Source of the DNA: Zootoca vivipara
Lineage: Eukaryota
Direction: 5' to 3'
Assembly (NCBI RefSeq): GCF_963506605.1
Contig: NC_083276.1
Span: forward strand, 106,578,001 to 106,642,000
DNA length: 64,000 nucleotides
Part shown: positions 25,074-38,133 of the stretch, one piece after another
How the letters are laid out: every line of letters begins with the position of its first letter
Numbering within the stretch: position 1 is the first letter of the stretch
Translations under genes and position numbers: made by a program
The notes under the pieces: model-generated
Database searches by the model: none
What the model was told of the DNA's origin: nothing
The model's input: the letters and a program-made list of their open reading frames with translations, nothing else

Positions 25074-25336
25074 GAACTTATCCACATATCCTCTTGTCCT
25101 GCTTCTCTCCCCCCCCCCCGGGAAAACTGCTCTTTAGTGCTTAATCTGAGCAAAGAGCAATTAATGTATTCTCCTGATTGACATTTGCTCTGATTTAGCA
25201 CTAAAGAGTGGGTTTTCCCTGGGAAAGGAGCAGGGCAAAGGGAAAACTGCTCGGATCCATGCCTAGAGGGTCAAGCAGAAAACCACTTTGACCCATGCTT
25301 TCTAGTTGTGAGACAAGTGAAAGTGTGGATTAGCCC
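25074..25336. mobile_element. PIF/Harbinger-type MITE with internal hairpin
   Basis: Right end GTGTGGATTAGCCC|TAA, degenerate left end caa|GAACTTATCCACAT; internal inverted repeat 25120-25219. Confidence 0.6.
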
Positions 25337-25920
25337 TAAAGGTTTGCAAGGTATCTCTTTATTTAAGAAGAATGGTTTCACGTGATATTTGGTTTCTTGT
25401 ACAGACTTGCCCCAATTATCTCACTGTGAAGATTCATGTGGAACTTGGTCCTGTGAATGAGGCTGAAATACACATGCCCAGTTGCTCAGTGTTTTGAGTT
25501 TTGCAGAGCACATGATAGGCCAATGTTACAATCACACCAATTTTATCATGAATTCTAACTGGAAAATCAGTTCTCCAAATAGCAGTCCTAATGTAGCTGA
25601 ATTGTCTCCACTCATACACAAGAGGGAAGCATCAGCAAGGTTGAGGGAGCCCCAAGCACTGTAGAAGCACCTCCCCCAAAAAGGAAAGGATGAGAAGACT
25701 GAGTTGGGGGGAACCCCAAAACAATCAGATGAAGGACCAAGTATGCCCATTGGGCTGGAAAGATGGTCAGCTTCCTGACATGGGGAACAGAACAGAGAGA
25801 GGAATGGAGAAGTTGGAACCCCCAGCAGTAGCACCCCACATGGCAACATTCTGTTGCAAGTCCTGCTTGTTGTTATCTTTAACATCACCAGTATGTGTGG
25901 GGCACTTGCAGAGTATAAGA

Positions 25921-26045
25921 CAGGCATCCCCAAACTGCGGCCCTCCAAATGTTTTGGCCATGATCCCTAGCTAACAGGACCAGTGGTCGGGGAAGATGGA
26001 ATTATAGTCCAAAACATCTGGAGGGCCAAAGTTTGGGGATGCCTG
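25921..26045. mobile_element. hAT MITE
   Basis: TIR CAGGCATCCCCAAACT / AGTTTGGGGATGCCTG; perfect TSD gtataaga (25913-25920 / 26046-26053). Confidence 0.93.
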
Positions 26046-27477
26046 GTATAAGAGAACAGGCCTCTGTCCTGGGGGATTACAGTGTAAAATATATTTAGAT
26101 TATTGCATTTCAACTGGATCTCCAATTAGGACACTGCCAAAAGTCACCTTGCAGGAAGTCATATACATACAAACTATAACCATTGTTTTGTATACAGAGA
26201 TATGTTGAACATGAATTCACCGTTCAAGTGGAATTGTCACTGTGTTCTGTGTAAGTGACAAGGAAGATGGATTATGAAGAGTAAACTAAAGGATTAATTC
26301 CACCGAGAGATTTTTTTTTTAATGTTCTCGCAAACAGGAACTTAAGAAGCATTATGCAGCTAAAAAAAAAAGTGGAATGCCCTATCTTGTTTTCCCACAA
26401 CCATTTGTAAACCACACTGGAATCATGACTGCAGCGGTGAACATAATATTTCTGAATTCTGAGAGAAAACCAAAGTATCAATATTATCTTTTCTTGCAAC
26501 ATCTGATTTCCCACCCACCCCTCCTCCAAATCAATCACCACCCTCAACTTTCCTCATGCTTTCCTCATATCAAAAATATGTATGGTTGCCCTTGACAACC
26601 CTGGGAGGCCCAGCATTCTGGTTCTCCACATTAAACTTTAGCCGAATTTGCTACTAAATGCTTTAGTCTGTAAATTACTTTTATGGAAACCCCCATTTAT
26701 GCCACATGCACTTTGAAGAGCTGGGTGTTAAAACCACGAGCACAAACCTGTGTCCTTTAATGGAAAATATGCTTTTCACAAAAACAACAACCACAATACG
26801 CTGAGTCCCCTCACATCACAAATCCTGCTTCTTGAACAGGCGTGCACTGTCCTAGGAGATTACATCCAACGTTTCCCTAAAGTTTTCTTCTCAGTTATTT
26901 GTGTGACAGTCTTGAGACACTGGCAAGTTCCAGTGTAGCCAAGAGCGGCAAGAAATAGACTTGCTAGTACAGAAGGTCACTCAGCAGTACAAGCTCTTGA
27001 GGCATTCGAATGAGATCCTGCCAAGTTGACAAGTGATGACAGAATCTGGGGTCGCTGGGGTCACTGAGACTATTTGGGAAACAGGCTAAAAGAAAGATGG
27101 GCACAGACTTAACATTTTAATGGGGCATGCACACAAACTATAACTTCATCATATCCTATGCAGAACTGCCCAGTAGGGCAGACTTCATCAACTGGATGTC
27201 TTCTGGATGTCTTGGACTACAACTCCCATCAGCCAGCACAACAGGAGGTATAGTCTGAAACATATGGAGGGCACCAGGTTGGTGAAGGCTGAGGTAGAGT
27301 AGGGATCTGATTTTCTTAGCTGGGGAAATCTCCTACCATTAAATTATCATGTTCTACAGGGAATTTGGCACTAAGGCACTGGCTGATCACTTCAGAGAGC
27401 TGTATCTAATGTTAGATGCACTGAAAATTGTAGACCTGACTATCTTAGGTTCATTAATTTCAACGGGTCTACTGTTG

Positions 27478-27605
27478 TCACCTTGGGCCAGTCATTGTAT
27501 CTAAGCCTAGCCTACATCACAAGGTTGTTATGTGGATAATCGAGGAGAAGGAGAACCACACACATCACCTTGAGCTCCTTGGAGGAAATGGTAGAAGAGA
27601 AATGT
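27478..27605 (+). mobile_element. MIR-like/CORE SINE remnant with L2-type tail
   Basis: tgtcaccttgggccagtca...cctacatcacaaggttgttatgtggataa...caccttgagctccttggaggaa. Confidence 0.55.
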
Positions 27606-28700
27606 AGCAGAATGAATGAATGATGCTCCCCAAAGTTTCCAGAAAGGAAGCATGTATTGGTGGGGGAAAATTCTATAGCACTAGACTTAATGGTCTTATG
27701 GGGGTGTTCTGTGGATGGCAATATGCACAGCCTCACTTCCAAGATACAAAGCTAGCCGTGCTGTGTTTTGGGAGCTCTCCTGCTCATTCTGCTAAGTGGG
27801 GTCCTGGACTTCTTCCCCAAAGCCCTGTCCTGATGTCACCATTCAAGATCACCAATGGTCAATGGTGGTCCTGCTGAGTAAAAAGCACAGAGAGGTAGAG
27901 GCAAGGGTTGCACTCCAATCTTCAGCACCTTTAAAGGAAAGTCAAGCTGCCCATCAGGCAACTGGGACCCTCTTTCTCTGCTAACATATCTAAAGACTGC
28001 CCAGACCATCCTGTTGGCTTCAACATGATACTGGGAAGAGACTCACTTGGAAATCTAAGAAGGTGCTCACCCTTGTGTCCCAAAGGTGATCTCAAAATTC
28101 CTTGTTATAGAAGAGTATAGAACATCCAAAGTGTTGCTAATGGGAACCACTACAGCCTGCTGATTATGGCATCCCCCCACTTCCTCTAAACCTCTCCCTC
28201 ATACAAAACATGCTACAAACATTTGCATGCTTCAACTCCTTAGATGCTATTCTGAGCCAGAATTTTAGGCTCAATGAGTGTCCCACTAACCTCATTTGCT
28301 GTTATTCACTCTACTGCATACAGCAGGTGGCCTCTTATTAACCTGCATATATAAATTCATTAGGACTCGCGTGGTTAGAAGTGTCTGCATATCCTGAAGT
28401 GAGCAATTTCTACATATAATAAATGCAATTGCTCCTTTCAAATGGCATATTCGTGAGGCTCTGTGCACAATTCTGCCTTACAAATTTCGACCATTAAAGT
28501 GTAATGATTCCACCTTGCTTCGTATCATTGGACCAATCTTTTTCTTGAATTGTAACTCATTCTTTCCAAATTGCACTGACTGTCTTCTTCCCCAAATTGT
28601 TACAGTGGTTTGCTCATTTATTTATTTAGATTACATTTATATACCACACTTCATCATAAGAACTCAAGGCGGTTCACAGAATAAAATACAGGATGAAAAC

Positions 28701-28754
<54 letters not shown>
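28701..28754. repeat. (AAGT)n microsatellite
   Basis: Direct inspection. Confidence 0.97.
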
Positions 28755-28755
<1 letters not shown>

Positions 28756-29793
28756 TAAACAGCAAAACAATAACCTCCCTCTTAGGGGACTAAGCATGAA
28801 TGAAAGGTGTTTATATTCTTTGAATACTGCCATAAGCAAACATTTTTAAAGCTTTATTGTGGGAAATGTCTTCACCCAACAATATCCTTGCTCACACACT
28901 AATATTTTTTGTCATTCTCCTTCTGATTCAGAATACAGGATTTAATGAAAGCCTCTTAATTTAGAATGCTGACATCCATCATAGCTTTCTGAATAATTCA
29001 CCTGGATCATGTCCCACTGGACCATCATTTGAGAACTTTTGGCAAGTTCCATTTATCATACTAAAAATACAGTTCATCTGTTTAAGATTAACTGTGAACA
29101 TCCGTGTTTTGACCTGAAGGAAAGGAAGGAGATGGATCGATGCAGCAATGAGAAATCAGTGGCACTCCAGATGTTGCTGGACTGCAGCTCCCTTCATCCC
29201 TGATCATTGACCATGTAGGCTAGAACTGATGGGAATTGAAATTTAACACCAATTTCAATTCAATTTACTGTATATAGCCAAAGGACTTAACAATGAACAA
29301 CAGAGGGCAAAACCAAGGCATTCCTCTAAAATCACACAGCATTAGTCTATAAAGTTCTACAGCATAAAAGTCTACAACATAAAAATTTACAGCATAACAA
29401 TTTAAAGTTGCAATGCATTAACGTAACTGGAGCAAAGGTTCTTAGCTGCCAGAGCAAATTTGGCTGCCAGATGTTAAATTTTATTGGGTATGAGTTCAAC
29501 TATCACTTCCTGGATATCACTTCCTTCAATGGGAAATCTAACACCATATGGAGGGCCACAGTTGTTAATCCCTGTTCCTGGATTAACAGAAAAGAATACT
29601 GACCACAATTCAAGGAACACTTAGTATTAGACTAAGATTTTTCAAGCTGTTTTGCTTTCAGTTCACCTCTAAACTAAACTATGTGAATGCTGAGTTATCA
29701 ATCCTAAGGACATTTATTTGAAAGATAACTCCATTGATTTAAATGGAAGCTCTGTCACAATAAACCTGCCTAGTTTTTCATGTTGTCTAATGG

Positions 29794-30303
29794 CAGACCA
29801 CACTTGGAATACTGTGTCCAGTTCAGAGCACCATAAATTAAGAAGGATGTTGACAAGCTGGAATGTGTGCAGAGGAGGGCAACTAAGATGATCAAGGGTC
29901 TGGAAACTAAGCTTTATGAGGAACGGCTGAAGGAGCTGGGTATGTTGAGTCTGGAAAAGAGGAGACTGAGAGGATATGATAGCCACCTTCAAATATCTTA
30001 AAGGCTGTCACATGGAAGAGGGAACAAGCTTGTTTTTTCCTGCTCTGGACGGTAGGACTCAAACTGGGTTTCAAGTTACAAGAAAGGAAATTCTGTCTAA
30101 ACATCAGGAAGAACTTTCTGACAGTAAGAGGTGTTTGACTGTGGAATGGTCTCCCTTGGGAAGTTGTGGATTCTCATTCACTGGAAGGTTTGAAGCAGAA
30201 GTTGAATGGCCATCTGTCGTGGATGCTTTAGTTGAGATTCCTGCATTGCAGGGGGTTGGACTAGATGACCCTTGGTGTACCTTTCAACTCTATGATTCTA
30301 TGA
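29794..30303 (+). mobile_element. CR1 LINE 3' fragment
   Basis: [51 protein letters not shown]; ends in ctatgattctatga tail. Confidence 0.93.
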
Positions 30304-32681
30304 GCCCAACAGCATCTGTGGGGCAGCATATTGGGTACCCCTGGCCTAGCATATGGTAAGAATTTATGACTGTAAAAGTGAATAGTGTCATAAAAAAGTA
30401 AAAACAAAACAAAAAACCTTTTCTCAAATATAACAAACATTTATTTCCCTACAAGTATAAAAGTTGAGAGATCAAGGTTCATTTGTTTGTTTTGCTTTGT
30501 TTTTGTATCAATGGGTTTAATATTGCTTCTTGTTACACACTACTTAGTTTTTGCTTTAGTGTGGATTTTTTAAAGAAAGGAAAAAGTAAACAACTTTACC
30601 TAACGGCTTTGTTTCGAGCCTTCCCCCCGCACCTCCCTTTCAATCAGAATTTTGTTTCTGCTACCCAAAAGCCTTTTTAATTATCTGCATTTTGCAGTGT
30701 GGTTGTGTTTCCCTCCCTGTCTCTGCAGGTTTGAAGCGTAACATTATGGGTGGATTCAATGAACTAAAGAATGCAGTCGGAGGGGAGGTAAGAAGAGCTG
30801 TAAAACTAATTGGTGTCCAACATGTCTTGGGCTGAGTTTAATTTTCTTGAGGGGAAAAGAGGTCAAGAATGGAATGAAGTCAATGAAAACGAGTATGAGA
30901 CTCACAGGAAAAGTGGAAAGTGGAAATGGCCAGCATTAGAGGGTCAATAAATATCCTAGGGACAGGAAATGAACTTTAAACAAAGTATAAAAAGCAGTAT
31001 TTCTACCCACATTTGGGAGCTGTTAAAATTAGTATTAGAGGGGGGTAACTTAAATCACCAGATGTTCTTTGTATGAAAGCTTTTAGCGTGATTTCCATTT
31101 ATTGGAAAACACGAGTAGCCCTCAGATTTCATGTGCAACGCAATTAGGAAATGAATATTTCAATGCAGTGGTCAAATTGAGTTAAATATTCGAGATGGCC
31201 TAAATGTTCTAGACAAGAGTAACTTGCTTCCTGTTGTACGCTAATAATCTTGTTCTTAGAAGAAACTGCTGTGCTGCAAAGGAAATGTTAATTTCCCCTA
31301 AGCTTTCTTTAGTGGGGAAAATTTGTCCCTATCACCCAACAATCCAATTTATAATTGCAGGCAGACAACACACACTGCACTGGTATTTGTGCTTCCTAAG
31401 TTCAAATTCATAGTAAAGGTCTATAAAATATGACTCAGAATGGCCTAGTTTTGAGTCTCTCTTGCTCCCAAAGGCCATTTATCATTAGGAATTCCAGTGC
31501 AGGGATTTTTTTGGCCAAAGCAGAACAGTAAATTGTGCGGGTGCCATCTGGTGTATGTATCTTCTTAAACAGAAAGGACCGATTTTGTGATATGTTTCAG
31601 ATTCTATTGACCTCTAAAGCCTGTGGAGCCAATTTTTAAAACAAAAGAAAAATAGAGGGTTGATTTCCATGATCCTTGGTGCATTACAGGAAACTTTGTT
31701 CCTAGCTGACAGCTTATAAGATTCCAGAGAGGGAGGAAATTCTTCCAGACCCAGTTATTTGACCACATGGTGAGCAAAACCAATGTATTGAGGGCTTTCC
31801 CCAAATGTCTCCTAAAACATTTGAGAAAAACACTTTTCTTCCTGCCTTATTTGCACTGTCTGTGTCACTGCTATCATCCTTCTGTTACTGGAAATAAAAG
31901 TTTGCTCCCCACAACAAGGCAAGTGGGCAGTATCTTTCTGAAATATGCTCCAGAGATCCTTTCCAGTTCAGCGAGACCTGGTGCAATGCATTTGTAAGCC
32001 TGTTGGAAGTAAATAGCTCTGAACTCCATTGCAAGTGTGTGTAGAATTGCAGAAATAGACTTAACTGGTCAAAGTTAATGTAGTTATGTAGGTCCAGGCT
32101 GCATACTCTTCTACATTATGCAATAGGTTTCATTTTTGGTGACTCGTTCTCTTACACAGGCTCAATAAATGTTGCTGACAGAGGCCAGTGACAAGATGGT
32201 GACCCTCTTCAGTCCATGTATAAAAGCTGATTGAATTGGCAGCTGAATCATATTTCAACTGGCAATGGGTCAATATCCCCCATCGTACCTGAGGGAAGCA
32301 GATGAGCTATGGGTGTTTAGGGTATTCTAGGCAGCACAAAAGAGTGTTATCACCCAGCACCTCCCTGCCACTCACCCCCCCCCATCTGATGCCTCACTCT
32401 ACCTAATAGTAGGGCCAGCCTGCTCTTCCAACATGTTAGTAGAAGAACCCAGATGAATGCATATCGGACATACCTTTGAATACATAAAGCTAAGCATTCC
32501 AAGAACAAAGGGCAGCAAACTTCCTGGAAGGCTAAGCATTTGACTTGGTCAAGCTTTTAATGTAGAATGGCTATTCTCACAGTCAGTGCAGTTTAAAGAA
32601 CATAACTATTTCAATATGTTCCAGAAAACCGTTATGGGCAGGGCTTTTTGTGTGTGATAGTAATTTACTGGTATGGAGTAT

Positions 32682-32866
32682 CATACCCTCCAAGGGTCCT
32701 GATTTTCCAGGGATAGTCCCAAAATTACAAAGTATGTCCCGGCTTCTGATTTCATCCCAGAATGTGCTGCTTTCCTCAATAGGACGTCCCTATTTTCACT
32801 GGAGAAATGTTGGAGGGGATGGAATAGGATGTCCCTATTTTCATCAGAGAAATGTTGAAAGGGATG
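32682..32866. mobile_element. hAT-like MITE with a duplicated right end
   Basis: CATACCCTCCAA left end; two tandem copies of gtccctattttca..gagaaatgttg..gggatg right end; GTCCC subterminal motifs; TSD not clear. Confidence 0.65.
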
Positions 32867-33984
32867 AAGTACTGGCACCTCTTGTTCTGTTGCCCATGGC
32901 AGGCATTTTTGTTCTGGCACTATTAGGTTATGGGTCTGAGAAACTGGGTTGATGGGATTTTCTCCAGAGCTTGAGCCTCTGCACACCCCTTCTCCCCCAT
33001 GTGTGTCTGTAGGTCTAGGAATTTCTCTTGCGCTTCCCAGTCTGGGTTTTTGTTTGTTGTTTACAGCTGACGGCGTGTCTGACAAGTTAGAGGCATCATT
33101 AGATATCCCAGGCAACAACATCATAGCGCATTCCTCTCTCATGCTGGCAAAGTCAGCAGCGTGACACACTTTTTGTAAAGATTAACCAGTCTGCTAGCTG
33201 TAAAAACCCAGGAAACCGTTAAAAAGCACTGAGCACCCACAGAACCTAGTGACTCAAATTTCTAACAGAACTTGAAACTGAAACCCACATTTCTGGCTAT
33301 GTCTATGGGAAATAACATTAGGGAGCGTTGTTGATTTGCCATTGGTTTATGAGTGCTCCCACAGCTGTAGGTCTGAATTAGTACACTAACTTTATCAGGG
33401 GTGGGGGAGCTGTGACACTCCACTTGTTAATGGACTATAAAAACCTCTCACATTCCACAGAACTGCAAGATACTGATTCCTAGAGGTGACATCGAGCCAC
33501 TTTTTATCTTCAAAAGCTCTGTGATGTTTCCCCTTATATAGAACCCTTTCATTCCGCCACTGGGTCCCCCACCCCCAGCATCAAACATCCAAACGTCATG
33601 CAAAGCTACAGATGTCATTCACGCAACCCAGTCCTTAAATGGCTAGGTGGGACAGGAGTCTACTTTCATTCTGACACTTCTTTTACTTGTATTTTAAAAT
33701 TTTGCACGCGTTTGATCCCTTTTAAAGCGATACATCATAAAATGGACTTTAAAAATAGCTCCGCAGCCCTGCTAATATAGCAAAGAGGGAGTGGGTTGCA
33801 TTGAAGTACCTGGTCTTCTAAACGTATCCATAAAGGAACAGTCAGAAACCTCAAGAACATCTCATTAAAACTGGAGTATTCATATAACACCTGCCAAAGC
33901 TAAAAATCAGAAACTAGAAACTTGGCAAAGTGTTCCCAGCTTGTCCCTAGGAAAAAAACAAAGGAGAAAATATAAAACCAATGG

Positions 33985-33986
<2 letters not shown>

Positions 33987-34026
<40 letters not shown>
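33987..34026. repeat. (GT)n microsatellite
   Basis: Direct inspection. Confidence 0.97.
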
Positions 34027-34028
<2 letters not shown>

Positions 34029-34776
34029 CAACCAGGTTCTCACATGAAAACTTGAAAACTTGAGCTGTAAAAATAAAAAAGCATGCATGTTCTTCTAAAC
34101 TGCACTTTTCACACATTTTTCTTAAACACATGGAATGTTGATTGAAAGGGCTTATCTCAAAAGTCACCAGGGTAGCTGGAATGCAGATTTACAAAACCTG
34201 GCCATCTTTCAGCAAGGGTGGGTGGATTTTCAGCTCGGCACATGTTTATGTATTATAAAGTATTTGCCATGGTGACAAAGCCTTGGTGAAACATCCCATT
34301 AGCCACAGACCGGAAGCCCTTGCAGATTGTTCTGATTATTCATGGCCACAGCTTTGAGTGTGAGAGTGTGTGTGTGTGTTTCTGTATATTATTTCCAGAA
34401 TAATTTTGTTCTCACAAATTCCAATTAAACAGGTTGTGACTATGGATGCAATGCCTGTCAGTGGACTGTCCTTGGCCCAGTGCAACACTTGTTTTACATC
34501 TGAAGATGTGCTGAGAGCATGCAGTTTTTGAGAGCAAAAGGCTGTTCCTTCATTTCTTCCCTAACACACCTTCCCAGAGAGACAAAAAAGATGGTTTGCA
34601 TAAGCAAATAGCATAGTCTCCATCTATACAGATTATTACTGCAGATGACGCTTTTAAAAATCACAATGGATTCTAAAATTCAGAACATATACAACTGCAT
34701 TTGTTTGTAGTAAAAACAAAGTTTGTAGTAAAAAAAAAAGTGGTCTCAAATGACTACCTATAGACCAAACCCAGTA

Positions 34777-35010
34777 CAGTCGTACCTTTTTTCGAACAGC
34801 TTAGTTCTTGGAAGTTTTGGCTCTCGAAAAGTGACTGTTCCGGTTTGCGAACTGTTTTTGGAAGCTGAACATCCAATGGGGTTTCTGCAGCTTCTGACTG
34901 GCTGCAGGACCTTCCTGCAGCCAATCAGAAGTTGTGATTTGGTTTTCAAACATTTTGGAAGTTGAATAGACTTCCGGAACGGATTCTGTTTGACTTCCAA
35001 GGTACGACTG
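34777..35010. mobile_element. Tc1/mariner-pogo (Tigger-like) MITE
   Basis: TA|CAGTCGTACCTT ... AAGGTACGACTG|TA. Confidence 0.9.
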
Positions 35011-35269
35011 TATTACGCAATATTATGTTGTTGTTTTCATGGTTGTTGATTTTTTTAAAAACCACTCAATGACACATGACTTCAGGTTGAACAGATGATC
35101 AGCAGGAGGAAAGGAATGTTTTCCCCCCTTGATTCGCCCCCACCCCTAGCTGTGTTTCCACCTCTGGCAGAAAAGGCAGAGGATCCCTACTCTCTGAAAG
35201 AGAAAAGCAGCTTCAGGTAATTTTGAATGAACAAATAGCACCAAAGAAAAGACTGTGGTTGCTATTGTT

Positions 35270-35555
35270 GTTCTTGTTATTTATTAAATATATCAGTCAA
35301 TTTTTTTTTGCCATGACATCTCTGAGTGACTTACAATATTTAAAGCAAGCAAACAAATCCATACATATATTAAAACCAGCATTAAAAAAAACAAAAGGGT
35401 AAACAATGAAAAGCCAAAGGCCCAGATGAAAAAAGAATGTTCTTTCCTGGTGCTTAAAGATGAGGCCAGGCAAGCCTCCCTGGGGAGAGCATTCCCCAAG
35501 TAGGGAAGCCACAACTGAAAGGGACTCTTCTCATTTTGCCATCCTCTGGACTTCC
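35270..35555 (-). mobile_element. Old L2 LINE 3' remnant
   Basis: Minus strand reads ..FQLWLPYLGNALPREACLASSL.., a frameshifted L2 'AFSVVAP.LWN.LP' end, followed by a T-rich 3' UTR. Confidence 0.6.
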
Positions 35556-36988
35556 CAGGTAAAACATTTGTTCTCTCACCAGCCTTTTGTTCAACATTCA
35601 GCCACCTGTGGCTGCTTTGCATTTTAAAAAAGAAAACACTGGGGGAAAACAACCACACATCTTCACCCATAGTGTATCTTTGGTCTTAAAGAAATTTTCA
35701 TTGTTCCCACAAGGGGACAATGACAATAAAGATTTATTCTATATTCTATTTGTTTTATAAAAGAGCATCTAAAAACTTGCTAGCACTTCTGGCATCTGTC
35801 TGACCCAGGAAAAAAGAAAGTTATTATTATGTTTAAAATAAAACTTCTTCATAGGGCGTCATGGCCTTCTGGCTTTATTCCCAGATGCCCAGTTGCAGCT
35901 CTGCTCAGGAATGCTTTTAATCAGTCACACCTGAGAAATTGAATACACTTTTCTGTCTCTAAGTGGGATCTGGTCATAGTTATTCATGTAAACCCTTGCA
36001 TAGACCAGTGTAATATATGCAATGAGAGACTGCCCTTGAAAACAGGAAGCTTCAGCTAGCTTTTGATGGGAGTCTGACACAAACAGAATATCAAGCCACT
36101 GCACTGCACGATTTTGCAGTTTGCTAAGTTGCTGGCTGTTACTTTCCCACCCTTTAGATGCTTGGGCTTGGGATATGGATGAGCCTGTTTTCTCCCATGC
36201 AAAGCTGTCCAGTTCCTAAGGTCTGCAGGAGGGGGTCACCTTCAAGAAGAAATAATCTGCACAGAAGGGACTTTTCAGGAGTAGCACTGCAATTAAGGCA
36301 CATTCTCCTTGGATAGGCTCTACATCACTAAGACAATCTATCTGTGTAATTTTTAATATTTTAATATTTTACAACTTTTGGCTTGTAAAATATCAGGTGA
36401 TATCCTTGGCTAGTGCTTTATTATATTATTCCTACTGTGATTTATATAATTATTTTAAAACCTGTGCCTATTTTTCCTGCTCATTTGTAATATTGTTCAG
36501 TGCCTTGGTAGGGCAGTTTGGAGTTTTATTTATTAAATAGAGACAAACGAGCATTCTTTAGCACTTGGTAATTAAACTATTGACATGCAGAGGCTGCAAT
36601 CAAAAGTGACCCATGAAGAGATCCAGTTGACCACAGCGAACTGGATCTTCTAAGTAAACTGTTTAGGATAAGGCAATTCCTTTAGCCGCTCTTTTGAACT
36701 TCTAATCGGGGTGATTAAACAATGTCACAAGTAGATTACAGACATCCACACCCCAAGCCTGAGGATGAAGTTTGATTCTAAATGGCGCTAGAGTGTAACC
36801 AGAAGTGCTAATTTGTTACCTCAGGGAGAATCCTCCCAGATTAATTACTTGAGCTTTAAAGAATGCAAGCCTGAGGTGGGCCTCAGATCACTCTCTCAGA
36901 CCTTATTTAAAAGCAAAGCCTTGTCCCTATGTAGCAGTGGAAGAAGATGAAGCTTTTAGCCTTTCCTGCTCAGGACTGCATGTTAGAT

Positions 36989-37784
36989 TACGGTTACCAG
37001 ATTTTTTTTCAAAGAATCCGGGGACACTCTTTTTTTTTTTGAAAAGAGAGAAAAAAGTTATTTAAAAAAGTTATTATTATTTTTAAAAAAATAAGAAGTA
37101 ATATCTTCTCTTCTGTGGTCTCCTCTGTTGCACAGCCTTCCTCTGGGCCCTGGCCTGCTTTCTTGGAGCACTAGCTTCCATGGAGTAGGCTCAGGTTGGG
37201 CCTGGGCTCGGACACCCGGTGCTCTCCTATCTCTCCTCCTCAGTGGCTGCAGCGGTACAGCAAGGTTGGGGCTCCCCTCTTTTTTCTCCTTCCTCTTCCT
37301 CTCTCTTCCTTCTACTTCTCCTCTCCTCCTTCTCCCTGCGTCAGCTCTGGGGTTTTCCTGGCCCCGGAGTGCCCCTGGGCAATCAGCTGGGTGCTCTCAC
37401 TCCCGGCTCGATTTGGGTCATGGGCGCGGGGTCAACGGTTTCCCCAGTTAACGCACCCGGTGTCCCCGGTTCCCCCTCAGTAGTGGCGGCGGCAGCATCA
37501 GTCTCAGCAGCCCAGAGCCAGTCTGGTAGCGCAGTTGGCTCTGGCTGGCTTCAGGAGCTGCTCGATGCCGTGGCACCCGCCATTTTGCCTCACCGGAAGT
37601 CCCCATATGATGTGTCTTGTGCCGTTAAACCAATCACACAACATTCATTCCCTACTAGTAAATCTGCAACACTTAAAATATAAATCCAGGGACATTAAAT
37701 GAAATCTGGGGAAGGATTTTGTCTGGGGACAGATTTGTAAATCCGGGGACTGTCCCTGGGAAATGGGGACGTCTGGTAACCATA
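36989..37784 (-). mobile_element. Non-autonomous hAT element (796 bp), probable internal-deletion derivative
   Basis: TIRs TACGGTTACCAGA / TCTGGTAACCATA; perfect TSD tgttagat (36981-36988 / 37785-37792); GGGGAC subterminal repeats at both ends. Confidence 0.9.
37575..37635 (-). promoter_or_regulatory. CCAAT / ETS (ACTTCCGG) / YY1 (AAAATGGCGG) promoter-like motif cluster inside the hAT element
   Basis: Minus strand: gattggtt...ggggACTTCCGGtgaggcAAAATGGCGGg; motif matches only, activity untested. Confidence 0.45.
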
Positions 37785-38063
37785 TGTTAGATACTGCTTT
37801 AGTTTTAAGCAGTAGACAAGTATATGAAACAACAAGAAGAAATTGTATCTAATGCTGCATGAGCAGTGTTCTGCTTGCACAATCTAACCTCCCTCTCTGC
37901 TCTTCTCCTCATGCACCCCTCAAATCTACTCCAGAGGGTCCCCTAATCCTCTGGAGCAGATTTGTGGGTACATAGGAGACTGTAGCAGAGAGAAGACGAG
38001 GGAGAAGTTCCATTGCATGGGCAGACGCCTGTTGAATGAGCAAAACAGCAGTGTTGGATACAA

Positions 38064-38101
<38 letters not shown>

Positions 38102-38133
38102 TACTACTACTACTACTACTGTATTATTATTAT
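38064..38133. repeat. Compound (ATT)n(ACT)n microsatellite
   Basis: Direct inspection. Confidence 0.95.
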
